The notes beneath the pieces were generated by a model that worked only from the letters and a program-made list of their open reading frames with translations, made no database searches and was not told where the DNA came from. Below are positions 8,547-17,878 of a stretch of 64,000 nt of DNA, one piece after another; within the stretch, counting starts at the first letter, position 1, and each line of letters begins with the position of its first letter. The stretch is from a virus, in IMG/VR virus record IMGVR_UViG_3300033141_004289, positions 32,001 to 96,000 of that record, one strand, 5' to 3'. The position numbers and the translations under genes were made by a program.

Positions 8547-9214
8547 AATTAATACAACAATTATTTGAAGAAATGCTTCCCCAATCATCTGATCTAATTA
8601 GATTAGCTTTAAATCAAAGAATTTTTGATTTAGGTATCGAGGGTGTTTTTGTAGAGGAAGTAGATATTGAATTTGATGGGGATGTTATAGTTGAGTTTGT
8701 GGATAATGAACAAAACGAAATGAGTGTACTATTTCAATATGACCCAGTTGATGGTGCTGAAGCAATAGTTATAGATGATGAAGGTGGGGATTTTGAGGAT
8801 GAAGAGAATGGTGAATTTGAAATTGATATGATTGATATTGACCCATTAGTTCCAACTATTATCAACTTAGGTAATGGAACTCACTCAATTGATTTAGTTA
8901 ATAATAAATGGATGAATAGATCATTTTTTGATGCTTTATTTTCATTAGCAGATCATATGGAAAGTATGCCAAGTGATATTGATGAAAGAGCTGCATTTGT
9001 TATTAAAGGTGGTAAAAAGGTAAAGGTAGCACTAGTTAGAAGAAAAAGAAAAAAGAGACTAACTTCTAAACAAAAAGCTGGTTTTAAAAAGGGTGCTAGA
9101 AAAAGGAAAGCAAAGAAGGGCCAAATAAATAGAAAAAGGGCCAAATCTTTAAAGGTTCGTAAAAGACTTAAACTAAAGAAAAATACTAATAAGAAATTAA
9201 AGGTAATGCGATAA
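8543..9214 (+). CDS. prohead core protein (gp67/gp68-like), acidic N-part and very basic C-tail
   Basis: D/E-rich body, RRKRKKR...RKRAKSLKVRKRL tail, position. Confidence 0.55.
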   Translation: MKLIQQLFEEMLPQSSDLIRLALNQRIFDLGIEGVFVEEVDIEFDGDVIVEFVDNEQNEMSVLFQYDPVDGAEAIVIDDEGGDFEDEENGEFEIDMIDIDPLVPTIINLGNGTHSIDLVNNKWMNRSFFDALFSLADHMESMPSDIDERAAFVIKGGKKVKVALVRRKRKKRLTSKQKAGFKKGARKRKAKKGQINRKRAKSLKVRKRLKLKKNTNKKLKVMR

Positions 9215-9732
9215 TGAAAGTCATCAATGAAATAAATAATTTTTTATGGGCAAGCATTTTTGAATCTATTGATCTGAATGAAAACATTAACATGCGGTTT
9301 GTTTCTGAAAAAGAATGTGACGAATATATTGAAAGAACAGAAATTTGGAGAATTGAAGGGGATGAATCTGACCCTGAGGGGACAGAGGTGCTTTCAGCTT
9401 ATTCTAAAGTTGACGGGTCATATATAGGTCAAATTAAAGAAGCTGACATAATGGTGAAAAAATGGGGATTATCCCAAATTCAAAAAGCCGAAAATGGTCA
9501 CAGCGTTGCATCAATCGGATTTAATGAAAAGAAACAAGAATGGTGTGGGTGGAGTCATAGAGCAATGTGTGGTTTTGGAATTGGTGATAAAGTATTTGAT
9601 GAAAGTTTTGGCGGCACAATGGATATAGGCCAATTGGAAAAAATGCCCTTTAGAAAAAGGGGTAGTATAGTTATCGCTAAATTAGAACAAGCAAAAAAAG
9701 CAGCAAGTAATTTTGCTAAATATGTGAGCTAA
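9214..9732 (+). CDS. putative internal head protein (leader-tagged)
   Basis: MKVINEINNFL leader; SIGFNEKKQEWCGWSHRAMCGFGIGD motif. Confidence 0.5.
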   Translation: MKVINEINNFLWASIFESIDLNENINMRFVSEKECDEYIERTEIWRIEGDESDPEGTEVLSAYSKVDGSYIGQIKEADIMVKKWGLSQIQKAENGHSVASIGFNEKKQEWCGWSHRAMCGFGIGDKVFDESFGGTMDIGQLEKMPFRKRGSIVIAKLEQAKKAASNFAKYVS

Positions 9733-9733
9733 A

Positions 9734-9949
9734 ATGGCAAAGGAAAAAGAAGAATTAGTTGGTAAGGCCTTAATGACAGAGCTTTCAAGATATGCTCTTA
9801 GAATTGGTAGAAAAGCCGAATCCAGTGCAGTTAAAGACAAAACTAATTTAATTTTGGCCATTGGTTTAATAAATCATGCCCAAGGATTAGTGGAAGTTGA
9901 TGCCACTAAAGCAAGGCGTTTAATGGGCCAAGTTAAGAAACTGATATAA
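9734..9949 (+). CDS. hypothetical protein
   Basis: Tightly packed ORF. Confidence 0.55.
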   Translation: MAKEKEELVGKALMTELSRYALRIGRKAESSAVKDKTNLILAIGLINHAQGLVEVDATKARRLMGQVKKLI

Positions 9950-9959
9950 GGGGTTTTGC

Positions 9960-10211
9960 ATGGATGCTAAAGGAATTGGTGTTGGTACTATATTAAGTGG
10001 AATAATTCTTGGCTTAATTGCTTGGTCAGGTGTTCAGATTGTTTCAAATGCAAAGGCAGTTACTAGATTGGAAGAACGAGAAATGGCCACTAGGGATATT
10101 ATCATTAGAATGAGAACTGATTTTGATAAAAGATTGGATAGTATAGATTCTAATGTAGATTGGATAAGACGAAATTTATATTATAAGGGAACCCCTATTA
10201 GGGGTAAATAG
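9960..10211 (+). CDS. single-TM membrane protein with coiled coil (possibly holin-like)
   Basis: GIGVGTILSGIILGLIAWSGV hydrophobic segment then coiled coil. Confidence 0.4.
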   Translation: MDAKGIGVGTILSGIILGLIAWSGVQIVSNAKAVTRLEEREMATRDIIIRMRTDFDKRLDSIDSNVDWIRRNLYYKGTPIRGK

Positions 10212-10223
10212 TAAGGACAAGTC

Positions 10224-10943
10224 ATGAAATTTAATACAACTTTAGATGCACAAACATTTTTAACTGAGGTTAGAGAGTTCTCTAAGATTAAAGATGCTGA
10301 TGAGAAGTATGAGCCAACTAATGAGGAAGTTCAATCATTTTTAAAGGCCCGCACACCGTTAGTTAAAAAATTAAAAAATAATAGAAAATCATCTGCTCAA
10401 AAAGCAAATTGGCGACAAAATAGATATAAGATGATGAAAGGTATTAAGGCCTTCCATAAGTCTGTTAAAGGGAAGAGATTTCATAGAAAATTAGGTACTT
10501 TTTTAGCCACTAGATTATTTCGTGCTAAAACAAGTGAAAGTGGCTTTTCAATGTTATTATCAAAGCAGGGTTATTTGAAAGGACTTAATTCAGCAAAACA
10601 GCATTTATTGGTTGAACTCGAGTATTTTCATCAATTACAAGAACAGGTAGAATTAGAAGAGTTTATTACTGATTATGCCTATCCTTATTTTAGATCGATA
10701 GAAGAAAAAGTTATAATAGACGAAGATTTGACAGATGATGAATTAGTGTTCTTGTTTGATTTAGTTGAGGCCAATGCTTTGATAACTTCATTTTCTGATA
10801 AAACAGGGTTAACATTTGCACAAATCGAGAAAATGTGGAATGCTATAAGGAATGATTTAAATAAAGAAGGGATTACAGATGATGATGAAAAATTTTATCC
10901 CTTTTTGGTTACTCGTTTAAAAAAACAGATAGGAATTAAATAG
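10224..10943 (+). CDS. prohead core/head assembly protein
   Basis: Directly upstream of protease; basic central segment KANWRQNRYKMMKGIKAFHKS. Confidence 0.45.
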   Translation: MKFNTTLDAQTFLTEVREFSKIKDADEKYEPTNEEVQSFLKARTPLVKKLKNNRKSSAQKANWRQNRYKMMKGIKAFHKSVKGKRFHRKLGTFLATRLFRAKTSESGFSMLLSKQGYLKGLNSAKQHLLVELEYFHQLQEQVELEEFITDYAYPYFRSIEEKVIIDEDLTDDELVFLFDLVEANALITSFSDKTGLTFAQIEKMWNAIRNDLNKEGITDDDEKFYPFLVTRLKKQIGIK

Positions 10944-12319
10944 TGAAACTTGAAAAAATTTCATGCGTAATTGACCCCGAAGTTAAATTTTCTCTAGTTG
11001 AGGAATCTAATGAAGTTGATGGGGAACATATTTTAGCAAAGATCAAAGGTCAGTTCTTTGTTCCTAACGGTAAATCCAGAAATGGTAGATTTTATCCTTC
11101 TGCTTTATGGGAAAGAGTAATTAATGACCCAACAGTTAAGAATAGATTAAATAAAAGAGTAATGTTTGGTACAGTGGGTCATGACGCCGAATTAAATGAT
11201 AAAGCTGTTCGAGAAGGTCTAATTTCCCATTTTATGACAAATATTGGAATTGATGATAATGGTAGAGGTATGGGTGAAGCCTTAATTTTAAATACTCCGA
11301 CTGGGCGTATTTTAAATACAGTTCTAAGAGCTGGTTCCCAATTATTTGTTTCCTCAAGGGCCAATGGCACCTTTAAAGGAAAGCATGACGGTTTGCCAGT
11401 TGTAGATGAGGACACTTATGATATTGATGGTTGGGATTTTGTAATTGACCCCGGTTTTTTAGAGGCCAACCCATCAGTTTCTGAAAGTCTAAAGAAAATA
11501 GGAGAAAAAAATATGAACATTAATAACAAGGAAGTCAGCATGAACGAAAAACTGATTGAGCACATTTCTAATGAGAACCATGAACTTAAAACTAAAGTTG
11601 GAAATCTAACTGATGAAATTAAAGCATTAGAAGAAGATACAACTACTATTAAAGAAGAGAACACACATCTTAAATCTGAAATGGATAAGTGGGAAGCTGA
11701 TAAAAAGGTTATCGAATCTTATACAAATATCGGTACAGTTGAAGAACTTACTGAAAAACTTGCTAAAGCAGATGAAGATGGAAAGGTTCTAACGGCCTAC
11801 AATGAGCTTTCTGATTCCCCAGAAATTGCTAAAGAAACTCTTGAAAGTGCTAGAGACTTTATCAAAACTGTAACAGAAGAGTTTGGAACAATTGCTCAAA
11901 TTAAAAAGGCCCTTGAATCAGCTATTTCTTTTAGAGAGTCTATTGAAGAAATGGGAACAACTGATCAAATTAAAGAAGCCCTTACTGCTTATTTAACAAT
12001 TCTTGAAGCCGAAGAAGCTAAAAAAGAAGATATTAAAGTTAAAGCTCTTGCAGAAGAACTTGGAATTGAAGAAGGAAAAATGAAAGACCTTCTACTTAAA
12101 TATTCTGAAGAAGATATTAAGGCCCTTCTTGGAAATAAGAAAGAAGAGAAGCCAGTTGAAGAAAACAAAGAAGATACTACTACTGATGAAGATGCTTATA
12201 AAAAGAAGAACTTCACAGAAGAAAAAAAGGAAGAAGATACGAATACTGACGTTTCTGAAAGTAATATTTTAGGAAAATCAAGAGCTGATCGTATCGCTGA
12301 AAGATATAACAGAGTTTAA
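10943..12319 (+). CDS. prohead protease (T4 gp21-like) fused to C-terminal scaffold
   Basis: SRNGRFYP, GTVGH, ILNTPTGRIL, VSSRANG, WDFVIDPGFLEA; acidic coiled-coil C-half. Confidence 0.9.
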   Translation: MKLEKISCVIDPEVKFSLVEESNEVDGEHILAKIKGQFFVPNGKSRNGRFYPSALWERVINDPTVKNRLNKRVMFGTVGHDAELNDKAVREGLISHFMTNIGIDDNGRGMGEALILNTPTGRILNTVLRAGSQLFVSSRANGTFKGKHDGLPVVDEDTYDIDGWDFVIDPGFLEANPSVSESLKKIGEKNMNINNKEVSMNEKLIEHISNENHELKTKVGNLTDEIKALEEDTTTIKEENTHLKSEMDKWEADKKVIESYTNIGTVEELTEKLAKADEDGKVLTAYNELSDSPEIAKETLESARDFIKTVTEEFGTIAQIKKALESAISFRESIEEMGTTDQIKEALTAYLTILEAEEAKKEDIKVKALAEELGIEEGKMKDLLLKYSEEDIKALLGNKKEEKPVEENKEDTTTDEDAYKKKNFTEEKKEEDTNTDVSESNILGKSRADRIAERYNRV

Positions 12320-12398
12320 TTTCTCTCCTATTGAACTGCACTTCAGTCGATAGAAGGATTTAAGTCAATATTATTAACTTATTTGATAGGAGAGTATC

Positions 12399-13814
12399 AT
12401 GGATACTAACAAAATCGAAGAAAAGGCCGTTGAAAGAATGGCTGAGGGATACTTCGCTAAATACAAATCCCAAATGCAAACACTCGAAAAATCTCTAGTT
12501 TCTAAAGCTATGGATTTGACTGAGCATCACCTAGTTCAACTTGGAAAGCAACTTGACCAATGGGAAGTTTATCGTTCCATGTGTGAAGCTAATGGTTCTT
12601 TGAACACTCTTGGTGAGCTACCTAAAGTTGCTCTTGATGTTATTACAGCTACTATGAGTAATAGTATTCTTCCTGTAATTGCTTCTACGCAAACTATTGA
12701 GTCTCAAAAATCAATTATCTGGTTCAAGAATGTAAAAGCTCTTGATTCTAAAGGTAATATTACTGCTGGTGATAAATTGATTGACCCACGAGTTGGAAGT
12801 AAGACACCTTCTGGATATGCTTCTTCTGAAGTTATCGGTGAAGAAGCTGTTAACCCAACTATTGCAACTCAGGTTGCTTACGCTTTTAGTGTAAATGGTA
12901 GTGAGTCAATTCGCAGTCAATTTATTAAAGTTTATCTAGAGTCTGATCCTTCCATCTATGCGAAAGATTTTGAAGGAAAAGGTATTCTTCTTGGTAACGG
13001 AATGAGTGGTACAGTTAATTATACAACTGGTGCTATCACTATTGATCTTGCAGCTGATCCAGGAGGAGCTGATAAGATTCTTGTTGATTATCAACAAAAC
13101 CTTGAAGAGATGAGCGATGTTCGAAGAATTAGCTCTGAACTTGAATCAACTGACATCGAAGCAAAACCATATGCACTTAAAGGTGTTATGGGAATGTTCC
13201 AGATGTTCGCTCTTAAAAAAGCATTTGGTGATTCTGCTCTTGATGACCTAACTATGGACCTTACTCGTGAAATCAATGCTGAAATCGGTGGCGATTTTAT
13301 TCGTAAGTATTCTAGTGAAGCCGTTGGTACAACTAGTTTTACTGATTATAACCCTCTTGTTCAAACTGGTTATTCTGAGAAGCAATACAGAGAGTCTTAT
13401 GCTTTCCGTATGGCAGATGCAGAAACAGTTATGATGGGTAATGTTGGTCGTGGTGCTATTAAAGTTATGATCGTTGGTCGTGAGCATGCTGCCCTCGTAA
13501 GAGGACTTGATGGATTCAACCTTCTTTCTGATGGTGGAAGTCTTGGTGCACACGTTTTTGGAACTTATAAGGGTATTACTTATATTCGTGTTCCAGAAGA
13601 AGCACTTCTTAGTGCTAAATTAGGTATTGGACTTTACACTGGTGCTTCTCCACTTGAGAGTGCTGGGGTTTATGCTCCTTTTATGCCTCTAACTGTTCAA
13701 GCTGCACCTTTAGGGCCTAACCCACTAACTGACCAAAAAGTTGCTGCCACTATGGCTGGAACTAAGGTTGTTGTTCCCGGTTATGCTACTAAATTTAATG
13801 TAGTTGCTCCTTAA
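12399..13814 (+). CDS. major capsid protein (T4 gp23-like)
   Basis: 471 aa after protease; strong AGGAGAG RBS; high-expression codon bias; EINAEI, GVYAPFMPL. Confidence 0.9.
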   Translation: MDTNKIEEKAVERMAEGYFAKYKSQMQTLEKSLVSKAMDLTEHHLVQLGKQLDQWEVYRSMCEANGSLNTLGELPKVALDVITATMSNSILPVIASTQTIESQKSIIWFKNVKALDSKGNITAGDKLIDPRVGSKTPSGYASSEVIGEEAVNPTIATQVAYAFSVNGSESIRSQFIKVYLESDPSIYAKDFEGKGILLGNGMSGTVNYTTGAITIDLAADPGGADKILVDYQQNLEEMSDVRRISSELESTDIEAKPYALKGVMGMFQMFALKKAFGDSALDDLTMDLTREINAEIGGDFIRKYSSEAVGTTSFTDYNPLVQTGYSEKQYRESYAFRMADAETVMMGNVGRGAIKVMIVGREHAALVRGLDGFNLLSDGGSLGAHVFGTYKGITYIRVPEEALLSAKLGIGLYTGASPLESAGVYAPFMPLTVQAAPLGPNPLTDQKVAATMAGTKVVVPGYATKFNVVAP

Positions 13815-13826
13815 TCTTCGGATTAA
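13811..13826 (+). other. C(UUCG)G tetraloop hairpin over the capsid stop codon
   Basis: TTAATC-TTCG-GATTAA. Confidence 0.6.
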
Positions 13827-13845
13827 AGAACTAAAAGAAAATTTA

Positions 13846-13882
13846 GGGGAGGGGATGAGAAATCACTCCCTCCCTTTTTTTT
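13846..13882 (+). terminator. intrinsic terminator after major capsid gene
   Basis: GGGAGGGG.TGA-GAAA-TCA.CTCCCTCCC then T-run. Confidence 0.85.
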
Positions 13883-13900
13883 AAATAAGGAAAGAAAAAA

Positions 13901-14203
13901 ATGAAAGTCAAAGTAACAAATTTACTAAAGAGCGTTCTGGTTATTGCATCAACTCAAGGAAAGCAATTAGCACTTGGAAGTGAAAGAGGCCATATTTTTG
14001 AGAAACACGAGTATGCTTTTTTCAGTAAGTCCTGTGAAAATTTTAAAAAGACAGGTTGGTTAAAAATTGAACAGGTTAGTGAAGAAGCTGTTGTAGGAAA
14101 AGCAAATGCAGAGCCAGTTGATAAAGCAATTGAAATTGCAGGCAAAGAAAAGCCAGTTGTGAAAAAGAAAAGAGGCAGAAAACCTAAAAAGAAGACTGCT
14201 TAG
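13901..14203 (+). CDS. hypothetical virion-associated protein with basic C-tail
   Basis: After capsid gene; KKKRGRKPKKK tail. Confidence 0.55.
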   Translation: MKVKVTNLLKSVLVIASTQGKQLALGSERGHIFEKHEYAFFSKSCENFKKTGWLKIEQVSEEAVVGKANAEPVDKAIEIAGKEKPVVKKKRGRKPKKKTA

Positions 14204-14232
14204 TAAATTAATTTATAAACTAGGGGATTGTT

Positions 14233-14904
14233 TTGAGAATCGAGGACATTTTTGATCGTATCCTCTTACGGTCCGGTCAATTTATTTTAAGAAAAAGCCG
14301 TATCGATATAGATATTGATAGTTTCAGAATATTAGTAGAGGATGCTCTATCTGAATATTCTGGTTTTGTTCCATATGAAAAACCATATACAATGGATTTT
14401 AATAGTCAGAGAAATTTTACATTTCCTGATGGTTGGGATACTGATTTAAATAGATCACCTGATTGGATTGCAGAGGCCACTCCTATTAATTCCTTTGGTT
14501 CAATAAATACTATTTTAAATTATTCTGGTAGCCCACAAAATGCTTTGATTGACCCTATTCAAGCACCTTGGGATTACAATAAAGTTAATAAAACATTAAC
14601 TGTTCCATATAGTGCTTTTTATAAAGTAGTTGCTTGTTATGAGCATGAAATAGTTAGTGAAGTAATTGATGGTGTAACAGTTTATTCTGTTCCAACAATA
14701 GATAGAAAAGACCAACCATTCTTCGACTTATTGAAAGGAATGTTTTTACAGGGTATTGGTAGAAGCCGTAGGGCCTTTACATTAAATGATTTACCTATAT
14801 TAATGGATGCAGAAACACTAGCATCTGAGGGTGATGAGATAATGGAAAGAGCTCTTGAAGGACTACAAGCAGATCAAAAATTTTACTTAGCATTTGGGGG
14901 ATAA
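14233..14904 (+). CDS. neck/head-tail adaptor (gp13-like)
   Basis: Position; IGRSRRAF...DAETLASEG C-terminal pattern. Confidence 0.55.
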   Translation: MRIEDIFDRILLRSGQFILRKSRIDIDIDSFRILVEDALSEYSGFVPYEKPYTMDFNSQRNFTFPDGWDTDLNRSPDWIAEATPINSFGSINTILNYSGSPQNALIDPIQAPWDYNKVNKTLTVPYSAFYKVVACYEHEIVSEVIDGVTVYSVPTIDRKDQPFFDLLKGMFLQGIGRSRRAFTLNDLPILMDAETLASEGDEIMERALEGLQADQKFYLAFGG

Positions 14905-14905
14905 T

Positions 14906-15172
14906 ATGAGTATAGCAAAAAAGATTTTAGATAAGTTACCTAAGAAAGAAGAGACGAAAGTGGATGAAAAAGTTGCTCCTTCTTTTTTTGATGCCGCAAA
15001 TGCTTTGGCTTCTTTAATTAAAAGATGGAAAAGCGGTGATAAGAATTTCGCTGGTGTTCAAAAACTATTTGTAGAAATTCTTGATAGTTTAGACGAAGTT
15101 GATGAACAACAAGCATTAGCTAAAATGGATGCATTAGCTAAATTTATTAGAAGCAAGGATATTGAAGGATAA
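14906..15172 (+). CDS. small putative internal protein (leader-tagged)
   Basis: ATG 14906 after GGGGGA; MSIAKKILDKL...VDE. Confidence 0.4.
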   Translation: MSIAKKILDKLPKKEETKVDEKVAPSFFDAANALASLIKRWKSGDKNFAGVQKLFVEILDSLDEVDEQQALAKMDALAKFIRSKDIEG

Positions 15173-15175
15173 ATA

Positions 15176-15751
15176 ATGCCTGTCTTTTTAAAAGATATTA
15201 AAAGGGAATTAGAATCCGATATTGGAAAGGTAGGACAAGCTGCTGATGGTAGCTATAAGTTTGAACCACCCAATATTGTAGGTAGGAAAATATCAAAATA
15301 TACTAAATTAAAAGTTACTAAGGTATCTTCTACACCAACTTTCGGTACAAATTCTATATCATATAATGGATTAGCTGCTTCTGAATCAGATAAGGGTATT
15401 AAATATAAAGTAACTATTAGATTTCACGATATGCAGTTTAAGGATATTGCTTCTAAACAATTCTCTACAGAAGCAAAAATGGGTAAAGTTACTAAGTATC
15501 ACAGGATACCTACAGTTCAAAGAAATCCAGTAATGCTAAAATGTAGCTGTCAGGATTTTAGGCATAGATTTGAAACTCAATTATCAAATGCTAGTGGATT
15601 AGTTGGTGGTCCTAGAAAATATACTAGAAAAACCCCCCCATGGCCTATTGGTTATCCATTTGCCAACTCAACAAATAAGTTAGGTATTTGTAAGCATGTA
15701 AACTCTCTATTATTTATTTTAAAAGATAAGGGTTTAATTAAGGAGCGATAA
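15176..15751 (+). CDS. SWIM-type Zn-finger protein
   Basis: CSCQDF...ICKH (CxC...CxH). Confidence 0.65.
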   Translation: MPVFLKDIKRELESDIGKVGQAADGSYKFEPPNIVGRKISKYTKLKVTKVSSTPTFGTNSISYNGLAASESDKGIKYKVTIRFHDMQFKDIASKQFSTEAKMGKVTKYHRIPTVQRNPVMLKCSCQDFRHRFETQLSNASGLVGGPRKYTRKTPPWPIGYPFANSTNKLGICKHVNSLLFILKDKGLIKER

Positions 15752-16035
15752 TGAAATTAGCAGAAAAGGTATTACTATTTAGTGAGGCTTTCGATACTGA
15801 GCAAGCAATGAAGAACGTACCGATTCAGACAGGCAAGGTTAGATTCTTTAATGCCAGTGATTTAAAAGGTTCGATAACAGGTGATGATGGCGGTTCTTAT
15901 GACATCTTCCTTAATCAACATAATAAAAAAGACGTTAAAACGGCCAAGAAAATAAAAGATGGTATGAAAATTAAGTTTAAAGACCTCGATGTAGAACCAC
16001 CAATGGCCTATATTGGTGATTTTAGTTTTAAGTAA
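15751..16035 (+). CDS. leader-tagged protein with degenerate cold-shock (OB) domain
   Basis: MKLAEKVLLFSE leader; TGKVRFFNASDLKGSITGDDGGSYDIF resembles CspA TGxVKWFN...GFITPDDGSKDVF. Confidence 0.55.
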   Translation: MKLAEKVLLFSEAFDTEQAMKNVPIQTGKVRFFNASDLKGSITGDDGGSYDIFLNQHNKKDVKTAKKIKDGMKIKFKDLDVEPPMAYIGDFSFK

Positions 16036-16046
16036 TAGGAGACTAA

Positions 16047-16451
16047 ATGTCATTTTATAGTGAAATGGAAAAAATCATTGATAAGCATGGAGAGGATGGT
16101 TTAATTCATTTAGAGCATTATTATGGCATTGATTTAGAACTTTACAGACAGGTTAAAAACAGTGCCTATAGTACGGTTCATGGTAGAGATGCAGGACAAC
16201 CAGCAAGTCATTTAAAAAACTTTATTGGTATATTACAGAGTGACGATTTCTTCCCAGCAAATAGTACCCAAGCACCGGCCTTTGAAGCTGGTTTTTTACA
16301 TACTAGAGAACTAGAAATACTAGTTGGTGATGTAATTAAGATAGTTTCAAACGATGATAGAAATAGAAGATATAGAATAATTGAGATTGATTCAATTGGT
16401 TTAACTCAACAAGTTTATAAACGATATAAATTAAGTGCATTAGGTGATTAA
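16047..16451 (+). CDS. head closure/neck protein (gp14-like)
   Basis: AGGAG RBS; YGIDLELY, VGDVIKI...YRI. Confidence 0.45.
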   Translation: MSFYSEMEKIIDKHGEDGLIHLEHYYGIDLELYRQVKNSAYSTVHGRDAGQPASHLKNFIGILQSDDFFPANSTQAPAFEAGFLHTRELEILVGDVIKIVSNDDRNRRYRIIEIDSIGLTQQVYKRYKLSALGD

Positions 16452-16452
16452 G

Positions 16453-16722
16453 ATGAATATTATTATAGAAATAAAAAAATTATTAGAAGATGCCCAAGAA
16501 GATTTTTTAAGTAAGCATAGTAAGACATATGATCTTGATAAATATGCTGAGTATATGGATACTAATTTTCTAAGCGGTAGGGACAATTCAAGAAGGCGAT
16601 ATGATAAGGCAATTGATTCATATATAAATGCTAATTTTGGAAATATAAAAGATAAGAAGGTATTAAAGGAAATCAAAGATAAGTTAGTTAATCAATATGA
16701 ATATGAAGATGGGGTTAATTAG
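16453..16722 (+). CDS. small putative internal protein (leader-tagged)
   Basis: MNIIIEIKKLLE from ATG 16453. Confidence 0.45.
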   Translation: MNIIIEIKKLLEDAQEDFLSKHSKTYDLDKYAEYMDTNFLSGRDNSRRRYDKAIDSYINANFGNIKDKKVLKEIKDKLVNQYEYEDGVN

Positions 16723-16728
16723 TAAAAT

Positions 16729-16902
16729 ATGAAACTACTTTACTTCATTCACGCTATTTTTTGGAGTATTTTTACAGGCATTTTTGCTATCTGTGAAACC
16801 ATTTATTATCATGCTGAGATAGCATCAGAGCAAAATTGCTTTATAGACGAAATTGAACCACTATATTTAGAGAAACTAATAAATGAAAAATTTGGAGAAT
16901 AA
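16729..16902 (+). CDS. small membrane protein (57 aa, not in ORF track)
   Basis: MKLLYFIHAIFWSIFTGIFAICE...KFGE* fills the gap exactly. Confidence 0.45.
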   Translation: MKLLYFIHAIFWSIFTGIFAICETIYYHAEIASEQNCFIDEIEPLYLEKLINEKFGE

Positions 16903-16903
16903 T

Positions 16904-17173
16904 ATGAAATTAGCTGAAAAATGTTTAGAACTAGGTAAAGAAGAAATCGTTGTAGAGGCCAAAAAAGTTAATGGAGAGAAGATGATTGCTGATATGGAAA
17001 AAGCAATTGAATCAAATGATGAGAAAAGTCTTTTAAAATTTATGGCAATGGATAAAAAGAACTTCTTTAGTAAGAATAATTTAGACATGCTTGCCGATGA
17101 AGGACAAATTACAAAGGAACAAGCAAGTCAGTTAGGTAAATTATCAATTCAAGTTGCTCAAGCATTGAGATAG
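16904..17173 (+). CDS. small putative internal protein (leader-tagged)
   Basis: GGAG RBS then ATG 16904; MKLAEKCLE...IVVEA. Confidence 0.5.
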   Translation: MKLAEKCLELGKEEIVVEAKKVNGEKMIADMEKAIESNDEKSLLKFMAMDKKNFFSKNNLDMLADEGQITKEQASQLGKLSIQVAQALR

Positions 17174-17180
17174 GTTAATA

Positions 17181-17867
17181 ATGGCAAGTAAATCTGAAAA
17201 TTTAGATAATAGTCAAAATGATGTTATTACAACAATGACGCATGTGCTTTATCGTTTTCAGGAAATGGTATCTAAAGAAATGCCATCTATTCCTGTTGTT
17301 TATACAGAAGATTTATCTTATGAAAGTGCTTTAAAACAGATAATTGCTAATGCTAGTTATGGCGGCCATGCTCAAGATAGTATTCCCTTTTTTGCTTATA
17401 ATAGAACAGTATTAAATGAGATTGAAGATAGGGCATTAAGTAGAAGGGCAAAAAACTGTATTGGTTGTCAAAAAGTAGGTGACCAACAAATTACTTATGG
17501 CTGTGCATATGGAGAGTTTGATATCCAATTTCTCTATGTATCTAATAATATTGAATTAACAGAAAAATTCGAAGTAGTTTATAACTCAGATGAAGGCATT
17601 AGTGGAACTAAAGAATTAATCGTTGATATGGAAGAATTAGGACAATTTAAATACTTCCTAGATTATCAGGATTTAGTAGAACAACAAATTAGTCATGAGG
17701 ATGTTTACTATAAGGGAATAATTGGTAGTATTAAAGTAAGAGGATTTTATTTTACCTTTAGAGGTGCTAGTGGATTAATTGAAGAAATTAATCAGCGCAT
17801 TATCACTTCAAGGGATATCCCAAATAGGGAAGAGAACGAAATTCTTAGTGATATACAAATCGTCTAA
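17181..17867 (+). CDS. tail terminator/sheath stabiliser (gp15/gp3-like)
   Basis: Position before sheath; size; IPFFAYNR. Confidence 0.45.
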   Translation: MASKSENLDNSQNDVITTMTHVLYRFQEMVSKEMPSIPVVYTEDLSYESALKQIIANASYGGHAQDSIPFFAYNRTVLNEIEDRALSRRAKNCIGCQKVGDQQITYGCAYGEFDIQFLYVSNNIELTEKFEVVYNSDEGISGTKELIVDMEELGQFKYFLDYQDLVEQQISHEDVYYKGIIGSIKVRGFYFTFRGASGLIEEINQRIITSRDIPNREENEILSDIQIV

Positions 17868-17878
17868 GGAGTTAAAGG

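Noticed and set aside
9960-10211. Definite holin/lysis cassette
   Set aside because: Single TM helix only, and no adjacent endolysin or spanin recognised
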